Source of the DNA: Acinetobacter parvus DSM 16617 = CIP 108168
GTDB lineage: Bacteria; Pseudomonadota; Gammaproteobacteria; Pseudomonadales; Moraxellaceae
Assembly: GCF_000368025.1 (NCBI RefSeq)
Contig: NZ_KB849212.1
Coordinates: 1-32,000, forward strand
Reading direction: 5' to 3'
Length of the DNA stretch: 32,000 bases
The notes beneath the pieces were generated by a model. It was not told where the DNA came from. It worked only from the letters and a program-made list of their open reading frames with translations, and ran no database searches. This document shows positions 6,730-13,733 of the stretch, piece after piece (position 1 is the stretch's first letter; every line of letters begins with the position of its first letter). A program made the translations under genes and the position numbers.

Positions 6730-7152
6730 ATGAAATTATTCCACACAAGCCCAAACAAAATTGAGAAAGTTTCTAAGTTTGGTAACTTTGATGATTGCTT
6801 ATTCTTCTCTACAAATGTTTATGAAATGTCAGCAGGTGAAACTATCACTTACTCAATTAATGCTGATGATATGCGCTTTATCGATGCTTCTGATTTGCAT
6901 GATAGTGAAGTCATAGCGGAAATTGCTGAACGATTTGAGATTGATTTAGATGATGCAGAAAGCTTATTAGATGGCTCAGATAGTGTTTGGAATCATGACT
7001 TTGCTGATGCTGAAAACGATTGGTTCATTCAAGCTAAACGTGGTGAATGTGCTAAAAGAATGGGCTTTGATGGTTGTAAAGATCATGATGAGCAAGGTGT
7101 GGTTTACATCATCCCAATGCTCAATCGTGAATCAATCTTAGTTGAGGAGTAA
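6730..7152 (+). CDS. AcrIF11-family-like small acidic protein (candidate ADP-ribosyltransferase anti-CRISPR)
   Basis: The ATG at 6730 has a CAAGGAG RBS 7 nt upstream. 140 aa. MKLFHTSPNKIEKV...GNFDDCLFFS...Y.M.AGETITYSI...WFIQAKRGECAKRMGFDGC.DHDEQGVVYIIPML matches my memory of AcrIF11 (MEIFHTSP...DEQG...). An H...Y...E arrangement typical of ART folds is present. This rests on recollection and was not searched. Confidence 0.6.
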   Translation: MKLFHTSPNKIEKVSKFGNFDDCLFFSTNVYEMSAGETITYSINADDMRFIDASDLHDSEVIAEIAERFEIDLDDAESLLDGSDSVWNHDFADAENDWFIQAKRGECAKRMGFDGCKDHDEQGVVYIIPMLNRESILVEE

Positions 7153-7157
7153 TTAAA

Positions 7158-7340
7158 ATGGCTCAGACAGCAGCAGAGCGCAAAGCTAAACAACGTCAAG
7201 AAATGTTAGACAAAGGCTTTGTTCGCAAAGACCTTTGGTTATCAAAAGAAAGTCTTGATTTGATCGAAAAATATAAAACAGAAAATAACTTAAAGTCGAA
7301 CGATGATGCGCTTAATCAATTATTAAAGGCTCTAAATTAA
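7158..7340 (+). CDS. Small RepB/RHH-like DNA-binding protein, candidate anti-CRISPR-associated (Aca) regulator
   Basis: GAGGAG RBS 8 nt upstream. 60 aa. AERKAKQRQEMLDKGFVRKDLWLSKESLDLIEK resembles the RepB-type regulatory pattern (AERqxryRxxxxxxGxxxxxvWvxxe). Located 5 nt downstream of the acr-like gene. Confidence 0.55.
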   Translation: MAQTAAERKAKQRQEMLDKGFVRKDLWLSKESLDLIEKYKTENNLKSNDDALNQLLKALN

Positions 7341-7348
7341 GAGCCTTT
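7325..7348 (+). terminator. Hairpin at the end of the cassette operon
   Basis: AAAGGCTC/GAGCCTTT 8-bp stem whose loop contains the stop codon at 7338..7340. It abuts the right IR. There is no clear T-tract, so terminator function is uncertain. Confidence 0.4.
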
Positions 7349-7370
7349 CCACACGTTATTCCGAATAGCC
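7349..7370. repeat. Right terminal inverted repeat of the cassette
   Basis: CCACACGTTATTCCGAATAGCC, followed directly by ATATTTAT. Confidence 0.85.
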
Positions 7371-7446
7371 ATATTTATGTGCTTAAATTTGACCATCCTT
7401 GCCCTGATTACAAAATCCTCCCTCATGTTCTATGAGGGATTAACCA

Positions 7447-7518
7447 TAAAAGCCTTTCAGGGGAATTGTCGTGCCCGAGCAGTGCGCAGGGTCGACAAGG
7501 CGTAGTCTAAGGCTTTTA
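7447..7518. repeat. Nested GC-rich hairpin (candidate ssDNA structural element)
   Basis: TAAAAGCCTT (7447..7456) pairs with AAGGCTTTTA (7509..7518). An inner stem pairs TTGTCG (7466..7471) with CGACAA (7493..7498). The interior is markedly more GC-rich than the flanks. Confidence 0.6.
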
Positions 7519-7530
7519 ATATGGTGGTCT

Positions 7531-7710
7531 ATGAACACGGATAAACTAATCACAATGCTTGACTCGTATCTCGAGTTGCTCCAGGAGCAAAATGCACCTG
7601 ACGAACAGATCACAGAGGTTAAGTTGATGGTATGGGCAATACAGCAGGATATGAAACTGCAACGGTTCATTAATAACCTGACGGTCAGCAACTCATATTA
7701 TAGGCGTTAG
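7531..7710 (+). CDS. Hypothetical small helical phage protein
   Basis: The internal ATG at 7531 gives 59 aa, MNTDKLITMLDSYLELLQEQNAPDEQITEVKLMVWAIQQDMKLQRF..., with protein-like composition. The opposing ORF 7440..7691 is Cys/Ser-rich and looks non-coding. The RBS is weak. Confidence 0.4.
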   Translation: MNTDKLITMLDSYLELLQEQNAPDEQITEVKLMVWAIQQDMKLQRFINNLTVSNSYYRR

Positions 7711-7712
7711 GA

Positions 7713-7740
7713 TTTCCGCATAACTTAGATTATGTTCATT
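7713..7740 (+). other. Inverted, degenerate dif-like site (attP-type partner site)
   Basis: TTTCCGCATAA-CTTAGA-TTATGTTCATT. XerC arm 9/11, XerD arm 9/11 and centre 3/6 versus dif. Orientation is opposite to the dif 85 bp away. Confidence 0.5.
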
Positions 7741-7825
7741 CGGATAGCGTTGACAGTCAAGCTGTCAATGCTCACCATTGCGATTGTAAGAGCGAGAGCG
7801 TTGCTGTAGTGGTGACTTGTATCTG

Positions 7826-7853
7826 ATTTAACATAATATACATTATGCGAAAT
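7826..7853 (-). other. dif: Chromosomal dif site (XerC/XerD, terminus resolution site)
   Basis: Reverse complement ATTTCGCATAA-TGTATA-TTATGTTAAAT is identical to E. coli dif GGTGCGCATAATGTATATTATGTTAAAT except for the first four bases. Confidence 0.85.
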
Positions 7854-8162
7854 ACAAACTAAATATTTTTCCATCTTAATTTTTAGGATAATTTGCATGA
7901 TGCTCTGGATCATTTAGGTATCCCTGTAAAAGATCAGACTTTTTCGCTTCAATAACTTCAGCCCTTAGTTTGTAGAAATCTCTCTATAAAATAATGCTTT
8001 GAAAAGATGTTTGCTCATTCGTGAGCTGGCGCTGCAAGGTCCTTTCTGATGTATGTGGTTTTTACGCTACCTGTTTTGATGAATTGCAACATTTAAAATG
8101 TCTTGTTCTAGAAAACTTTGATGAAAAAATGCAACTATTAAATTGATCAAAATATAAAAACC

Positions 8163-8196
8163 AGACAGCTATTTAGTATTAACTAAATAGCTGTCT
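8163..8196 (-). terminator. Rho-independent terminator of the TenA/PqqC-like gene
   Basis: Perfect 15-bp stem AGACAGCTATTTAGT/ACTAAATAGCTGTCT with a 4-nt loop. Followed on the minus strand by GGTTTTTATATTTT. Confidence 0.85.
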
Positions 8197-8204
8197 TATG
8201 GATT

Positions 8205-8951
8205 TTAATTTTTATGCTGCAACTTATAGCACTCATCAAGAGCAAGCTCATAATAGGCCAATCCTTCTTTGGCAGCTAAAAAAGCCTTTCTCTGCAAAAC
8301 TGGATCTTTGTCACACAGTCGCTTGATCAGTTCCATAGCCTCATAAGGATGTAGGTCATCATAATGTGCATGTGCTCTTAACCAGGCAAGTGATCGTTTA
8401 TTAATATTGACTTCTGGATGTTGGGTGTAGGTTTGAATTCCCTTATACACCTGTATAGTCCAGTCCCCTGTTGCCCACTCAATTGCCAGATTTGTTGCGG
8501 CAATGCTTTCGGCCAGACTCCCTCGATAATTGGTTGTCCAGAGAAAATGATTGACTGCATTCATGGCGGCAGGTGGTGTTACTTCATTCAGCATTTCCAG
8601 TGTAAGGCCAAAACCCATTGCCCAATCCTGATACCAGTTTAAATGGCGTTCTTCAACCTTAATATTTTGAATAAGCCAGTCCCTGGTTTCAGTTACACCA
8701 TCCAATGAGAAAGAAGTTGCCTTGGCCAATGCTCCTGCCATATAGGATGGAAAATGAGCAACTAAAGGGTAAAAGTTAAGTAATGCCGAACGAAAACATT
8801 CAAGGCTTAATGAACCACTCGCCATGTCTAAAAATAAAGGATGTTTACTCACTCTTTCTTTTGCAGGTAAAAGTCCATCCCAGAACCGTTGAGCCCATTC
8901 AGTATGAGGGGTAATTTCTAGTTTTGTTGCATATTGATTCATAGCAGTCAT
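8205..8951 (-). CDS. TenA/PqqC-family (heme-oxygenase-like fold) protein
   Basis: 248 aa, all-helical. HPLFLDMASGSLSLECFRSALLNFYPLV and the later E..H..W, WA.GD and AHAHYDD.H motifs fit the TenA/PqqC-like iron-containing redox enzyme family as I recall it. Confidence 0.6.
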   Translation of the reverse strand: MTAMNQYATKLEITPHTEWAQRFWDGLLPAKERVSKHPLFLDMASGSLSLECFRSALLNFYPLVAHFPSYMAGALAKATSFSLDGVTETRDWLIQNIKVEERHLNWYQDWAMGFGLTLEMLNEVTPPAAMNAVNHFLWTTNYRGSLAESIAATNLAIEWATGDWTIQVYKGIQTYTQHPEVNINKRSLAWLRAHAHYDDLHPYEAMELIKRLCDKDPVLQRKAFLAAKEGLAYYELALDECYKLQHKN

Positions 8952-9403
8952 TGCGATGCATCCTATTTCGTATGACTTGATTCAATCACATTCCATGATT
9001 GTTGTTTTTGTCTAAATTGCATTCTAATACAGTAAATATACAATCATTACTGTTTAATTTGTAACATTTTTTGTTTCTTTAAGATTTTAGTAAATTGAAA
9101 CATTAGATCTCTTTAGAAAGTATTATTTTTGACTATTTTAGAATTTAATATATATTTAAAAATCAACGCTTATCACTGATAAAATTTTGATTTTCGCAAG
9201 AGGTCTATCATACTAGTTCATAATTAGAACTTCTGATGAAAGTTAGACGTATGATAAATTCTGAATAATAAAACATGATTGAGTTAAAAAAATTAATAAT
9301 TTTTTATAATATGATACACATTTTTTTTAAAATCAGTGTAACGTAGTAAAAAATAATTCCTATTTGATATTTATAACAATATTTGGAAGTGGTGAGAGAT
9401 AAG

Positions 9404-10633
9404 ATGAAGTTGAAAGCTTCCAATATATTGAGACAAGAACAAATCGACTTACTAATTTCTCGCGGGCTAAATTTAGTTTGGTTTCCTAAAGAATTAGAAG
9501 TGATCTATCGAGATCAATACAGAAATGAGGCTGCCCATGAGTTTCGTTATCGTGCGCCTATCATTCTAGGTTTATATTTATTTCTTAGTTTCGGTACCTA
9601 TCAGGTATTACCCCCTGTTTTGCGTCTTGAATGGGGTGCGTATTACGGTTGGGTCGGTATTATCATTTTACTCGCCTGGCTACTAGCCTTTGTTCCCATC
9701 ATGAATAAATGGTTTGATCATTATGTTTGTCTGGGATCAATGGGCGCTGTTGCAATTATATTCACCTTGATCAACGTATTAGAACAAGGCCAACATAATG
9801 TGCTATTTCATGCTGCCATGATGTATGCAGTCGTGATTATTTATGGCTTTGTGGGAATGCGTTTCTACACAGCCATTCTTGCTGGATGGTGTGGTGGGCT
9901 TGTGGGTTTGATCGTTAGTACATGGCTAAGTGGCTATATTGATTGGACTTTTTTAAACCGCACCTATACTTTTAGCAGCTTTTTGGGTATGGCATTGGCA
10001 TATGCCACAGACAGGCAACATCGGGAAAACTATTTACAGAATTGTATGATCGAACTTAATCGGCTGGAGCTCATACGTCAGGCACAGCAGCTTTCGGTTC
10101 TATCGCGGCAGGATGCCTTAACTGGTTTGGCCAACCGCCGTTATCTAGATGAGGTTCTTGAAAATGAATGGAAACGAGCCATTCGCCATGAAATGCCTAT
10201 TACAATCATGATGATTGATATTGATTTCTTTAAACTATACAACGATACCCTGGGGCATATCCAAGGAGATCAGTGTTTAAGGCAGATTGCCATTTTATTG
10301 GGTTCAATTGCCTCTCGTAGTGGCGATCTCGCTGCCCGTTATGGTGGTGAGGAGTTTCTATTGTTATTCTCCATGACAGATAAGGATCAAGCTGTGATAC
10401 AGGTACAACGGTTAATGGAGCTGGTTCGCAATATAGGAATTATTCATCCAAGAAGTCATGTTTCCGAGCATGTTACGATTAGTGTGGGGGTGGCAACAGT
10501 CACACCGCGTTTAAATGACAGTCTTTCGGAATTTATTTCTCAAGCTGACCATGCATTATATGTGGCCAAGCGTAATGGTAGAAATCAATATTATATTTCC
10601 ACTTCAGATAATGTTATTTCTGAAGCACTATAA
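9404..10633 (+). CDS. Membrane-bound diguanylate cyclase (GGDEF domain)
   Basis: About five N-terminal TM helices, then DALTGLANRRY, IDIDFFKLYND and the active site RYGGEEFLLLF. The ATG at 9404 is preferred over the TTG at 9383. Confidence 0.9.
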   Translation: MKLKASNILRQEQIDLLISRGLNLVWFPKELEVIYRDQYRNEAAHEFRYRAPIILGLYLFLSFGTYQVLPPVLRLEWGAYYGWVGIIILLAWLLAFVPIMNKWFDHYVCLGSMGAVAIIFTLINVLEQGQHNVLFHAAMMYAVVIIYGFVGMRFYTAILAGWCGGLVGLIVSTWLSGYIDWTFLNRTYTFSSFLGMALAYATDRQHRENYLQNCMIELNRLELIRQAQQLSVLSRQDALTGLANRRYLDEVLENEWKRAIRHEMPITIMMIDIDFFKLYNDTLGHIQGDQCLRQIAILLGSIASRSGDLAARYGGEEFLLLFSMTDKDQAVIQVQRLMELVRNIGIIHPRSHVSEHVTISVGVATVTPRLNDSLSEFISQADHALYVAKRNGRNQYYISTSDNVISEAL

Positions 10634-10695
10634 TTTTGTTGTTGAATTTAATAATACTTAAAAAGTTTTAAAGATATATTTAAAATACTATTAAA

Positions 10696-10725
10696 GCCAC
10701 ACATAGAATGAATCATATGTGTGGC
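10696..10725 (-). terminator. Terminator downstream of aroC (possibly bidirectional)
   Basis: GCCACACATA/TATGTGTGGC 10-bp stem with a 10-nt loop. T-rich tail on the minus strand. Confidence 0.7.
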
Positions 10726-10742
10726 CTAATTATAAGCTTATA

Positions 10743-11834
10743 TTAAGGTTCAATTGGCTGAAATGGTGAAATCACATCTGCGTTCTGTGCGCGATGGCGT
10801 AGGAAATGATCCATTAACACAATCGCCAGCATGGCTTCGGCAATTGGCGTGGCACGCACACCCACACATGGGTCATGACGACCTTTGGTTAACACATCCG
10901 TATTTTCCCGCTCAATTGTAATGGTTTTACCAGACGTGGTAATACTTGCAGTCGGTTTTAAGGCAATTGCAACACGAATGGTTTGACCACTTGAAATCCC
11001 ACCTAAAATGCCGCCAGCATGATTGGCGAGGAAACCATCTGTAGTCAGTTCATCACGGGTTTCGTGACCAAACTGCCCTGCAACAGCAAAGCCATCACCG
11101 ATTTCGACACCTTTAACGGCATTAATGCTCATCATGGCATGGGCAATATCAGCATCCAGACGATCAAAAACAGGTTCACCCCAGCCCACTGGTACTTTTT
11201 CAGCAAGAATTTCCAGTTTTGCACCACAACTGGTTCCTTGTTCACGTAATGAGGTTACAAGCTGTTCAAAACGCGGCACTGCATCAACATCCCCACAGAA
11301 AAATGGGTTGTTCGGTACTTCCAACCAATCCAGCTTCTCAGCAACTTCATTACCAATTTGTGTGACATGGCCGCGAATATCAATACCAAATTTTTCAGCA
11401 AGATATTTCTTGGCAATTGCACCAGCGGCAACTCGCATTGCCGTTTCACGCGCACTTGAACGGCCACCACCACGATAGTCACGGAAGCCATATTTCTGTG
11501 TATAGGTATAATCAGCATGTCCAGGGCGGAATGTCTGCGCGATATTACCGTAGTCTTTAGATTTCTGATCTGTATTGCGAATCAACAGGCCAATCGGCGT
11601 ACCTGTGGTTTTACCCTCAAAAACACCTGAAATAATTTCAACCTGATCAGGTTCTTTACGCTGGGTCGCAAACTTTGAGGTTCCTGGTTTACGGCGATCC
11701 AGGTCCTTTTGTAAATCATCTTCGCATAGTTCCAAACCTGGTGGTACACCGTCAACAATCGCCATTAATCCAACACCGTGCGACTCGCCACAGGTGGTTA
11801 CCCGAAAAAGCTGACCAATACTGTTCCCTGCCAT
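10743..11834 (-). CDS. aroC: Chorismate synthase
   Basis: 363 aa. [20 protein letters not shown]..., [11 protein letters not shown] and GRHDPCV are hallmark AroC motifs. Confidence 0.97.
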   Translation of the reverse strand: MAGNSIGQLFRVTTCGESHGVGLMAIVDGVPPGLELCEDDLQKDLDRRKPGTSKFATQRKEPDQVEIISGVFEGKTTGTPIGLLIRNTDQKSKDYGNIAQTFRPGHADYTYTQKYGFRDYRGGGRSSARETAMRVAAGAIAKKYLAEKFGIDIRGHVTQIGNEVAEKLDWLEVPNNPFFCGDVDAVPRFEQLVTSLREQGTSCGAKLEILAEKVPVGWGEPVFDRLDADIAHAMMSINAVKGVEIGDGFAVAGQFGHETRDELTTDGFLANHAGGILGGISSGQTIRVAIALKPTASITTSGKTITIERENTDVLTKGRHDPCVGVRATPIAEAMLAIVLMDHFLRHRAQNADVISPFQPIEP

Positions 11835-11844
11835 TTTTAGCCCC

Positions 11845-12882
11845 TTAATTTTGAATGGATTGCTGGAATAGATCTTTATAACGACGGCATTGTTCAGCAG
11901 TTAATGCAAAAATACCAGAACCACCTTTCTGGAAAGTTAACCAGTGGAAATCAACCGTGTTGAAGTTTTGACGCATTGCCCATTCAGAGTTGCCCACTTC
12001 AATCACAATCAGGCCATCCTCTGTAAGATAGTCAGCCGCCTGAGCCAGCATTTTACGAACAAGGTCCAAACCATCCTGACCCGCAGCCAAGGCTAACTCA
12101 GGTTCATGCAGGAATTCATCAGGTAAGTCCGCCATATCTTCTGCATCGACATAAGGAGGATTGCTCACGATAAGATCATATTGATTTTCAGCAGGAATTT
12201 TTGCAAATAGATCAGATTCAAGCAATGCAATTTGATATTGCTTGTTATGATGCTCTACATTGATTGAAGCGACTTCGAGAGCTTCTTTGGAAATATCGGT
12301 TGCATCCACTTCCGAGTCTGGGAAAGCATAAGCCAAGGCCACAGCAATACATCCCGAACCTGTACACATATCCAGAATACGTTGCGGCGTTTTTGCTGCT
12401 GGATTCTCAGGTAAATTATTCAAGGCTTCACGCATCTGCCCATTTTCATCCAGACAATATGGCGCAAAACGTTGTTCAATCGCCTCTGCAATTGGTGAAC
12501 GTGGAATCAGTACACGCTCATCCACATAAAAAGGTTTATTAAAGAAATATGCAAGATTCAATAAATATGAGGTCGGAACACGCTCATTAATACGGCGTTC
12601 CAATAAACTTAAAAATTCAGCTTTTTCACTTGGTAAAAGTTTAGCATCTAGAATCTCTGCATCAGCAGACCATTCCAGTGACAATGTTTGCAAAACCAGA
12701 GCTGAACTTTCTGCAAAATAATCTTCTGTACCTTGCCCCAAATGTGCATCGTATTGGCGTAATGCGCTCACCCCAAAACGGATAAAATCCCGAATTGTTG
12801 ATAAATGCTCAGACGCTTCTTGTAAATGTTCAGGGGGAATGGTTGGTCGATCCACGTAGGTCTCCACAGGCAAGGATTGCAA
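11845..12882 (-). CDS. prmB: 50S ribosomal protein L3 glutamine N5-methyltransferase
   Basis: [12 protein letters not shown] (SAM-binding site), the NPPY motif in IVSNPPYVD, and overall collinearity with E. coli PrmB. Adjacent to aroC as in many gammaproteobacteria. The start is uncertain (TTG at 12882). Confidence 0.9.
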   Translation of the reverse strand: MQSLPVETYVDRPTIPPEHLQEASEHLSTIRDFIRFGVSALRQYDAHLGQGTEDYFAESSALVLQTLSLEWSADAEILDAKLLPSEKAEFLSLLERRINERVPTSYLLNLAYFFNKPFYVDERVLIPRSPIAEAIEQRFAPYCLDENGQMREALNNLPENPAAKTPQRILDMCTGSGCIAVALAYAFPDSEVDATDISKEALEVASINVEHHNKQYQIALLESDLFAKIPAENQYDLIVSNPPYVDAEDMADLPDEFLHEPELALAAGQDGLDLVRKMLAQAADYLTEDGLIVIEVGNSEWAMRQNFNTVDFHWLTFQKGGSGIFALTAEQCRRYKDLFQQSIQN

Positions 12883-13005
12883 AACGGCTTATTCTATCGT
12901 GTTTTTCAACTATTTTTTAATGTTTCATCATTAATCCACTGAAAACAAAAAATAGATCAATTGGATTGATTAAATACTATTCAATATTTTGATTTAATGC
13001 TTTAA

Positions 13006-13024
13006 TGTACACACTATGTGTACA
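13006..13024. promoter_or_regulatory. Palindromic candidate VapB operator
   Basis: TGTACAC-ACTAT-GTGTACA, located 14 nt upstream of the vapB start region. Confidence 0.45.
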
Positions 13025-13037
13025 TACATTGGAGGCT

Positions 13038-13307
13038 ATGATGAGCACATCAATTACATCTCGTGTATTTATGAATGGCAATAGTCAAGCCGTTCGTATT
13101 CCACAAGAATTTCGTTTAAATACCAAGCGGGTAGAAATTTTTTTGAATCAGAATGGAGATTTGGTCATTCATCCTATTGCAGATTTAAATGAAAATCGAG
13201 GTGAAGCATTATGGCAAGCCTTAAATGAATTTGATGATGACTTTGTTGAGGCTCTAGAAAAAAATCGTTTAGAGGATAACCAAGTACAAGAGCGTGATGC
13301 TTTATGA
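13038..13307 (+). CDS. vapB: VapB-type antitoxin (AbrB/SpoVT fold)
   Basis: GGAGG RBS. VFMNGNSQAVRIPQEF is the typical AbrB-like swapped-hairpin motif. The stop overlaps the vapC start (ATGA). Confidence 0.9.
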   Translation: MMSTSITSRVFMNGNSQAVRIPQEFRLNTKRVEIFLNQNGDLVIHPIADLNENRGEALWQALNEFDDDFVEALEKNRLEDNQVQERDAL

Positions 13308-13717
13308 AATATATGCTGGATACCAATATTCTGATCTATTTCATGAAGAATAAACCCCTGAGTGTGATTGAACGAGTCAATCAACTCTCACAGGATGATG
13401 AATTGTGTATGTCATTTATCAGTTATGCGGAATTATTAAAAGGAGCCTACGGCAGTCAGCGAAAGACTGTTGTTTTAAAACAGCTTGAAAACCTGATTCT
13501 GCGAATCCCTGTCCTTTATAGTACTCAACAACAACTTTGTGAGTACTATGCTCATCATGCACTATTACTCAAACAAGCTGGAACACCGATTGGTAATAAT
13601 GATTTATGGATTGCAAGTCATGCACTTGCCGAAAAATGTATTTTGGTGAGCAACAATTGTAAGGAATTTAATCGCATTACAGATTTAACACTGGAAAACT
13701 GGGCTGATCCAACATGA
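13304..13717 (+). CDS. vapC: VapC-type PIN-domain ribonuclease toxin
   Basis: MLDTNILIY (first acidic residue of the PIN domain), ...AELL..., NNDLWIA. 137 aa. Confidence 0.92.
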   Translation: MKYMLDTNILIYFMKNKPLSVIERVNQLSQDDELCMSFISYAELLKGAYGSQRKTVVLKQLENLILRIPVLYSTQQQLCEYYAHHALLLKQAGTPIGNNDLWIASHALAEKCILVSNNCKEFNRITDLTLENWADPT

Positions 13718-13733
13718 ATCAGCCTTATGAAGT

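Larger units (their letters stand above)
6603..7378. mobile_element. Non-autonomous IR-bounded passenger cassette (MIC-like) with 8-bp target-site duplication
   Basis: 22-bp terminal IRs at 6611..6632 and 7349..7370 (21/22 complementary). They are flanked directly by identical ATATTTAT 8-mers (6603..6610 and 7371..7378). The interior holds only a promoter, two small ORFs and a hairpin, with no transposase. Confidence 0.7.
1..7853 (+). mobile_element. Integrated filamentous (Inovirus, CTXphi-like) prophage / IMEX at chromosomal dif
   Basis: Complete inovirus module in canonical order with coupled starts: Rep, ssDNA-binding protein, small coat, major coat, pIII-like, pVI-like, Zot. Divergent small repressor. 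Direct dif-like sites at 1..29 and 7826..7853. No integrase. The left boundary coincides with the window edge, so it cannot be confirmed. Confidence 0.85.

Noticed and set aside
6608-7373. A longer 25-bp version of the cassette IRs that includes TAT/ATA.
   Set aside because: Extending the IR by 3 bp destroys the flanking direct repeat (ATATT versus TTTAT). The 22-bp IR plus 8-bp duplication is the internally consistent reading. The extra three bases pair only because ATATTTAT is partly self-complementary.
7440-7913. Minus-strand ORFs 7440..7691 and 7725..7913.
   Set aside because: The first is Cys/Ser-rich and looks like the antisense shadow of the more protein-like plus-strand ORF 7531..7710. 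The second runs straight across the dif site and the att-region hairpins and has no RBS.
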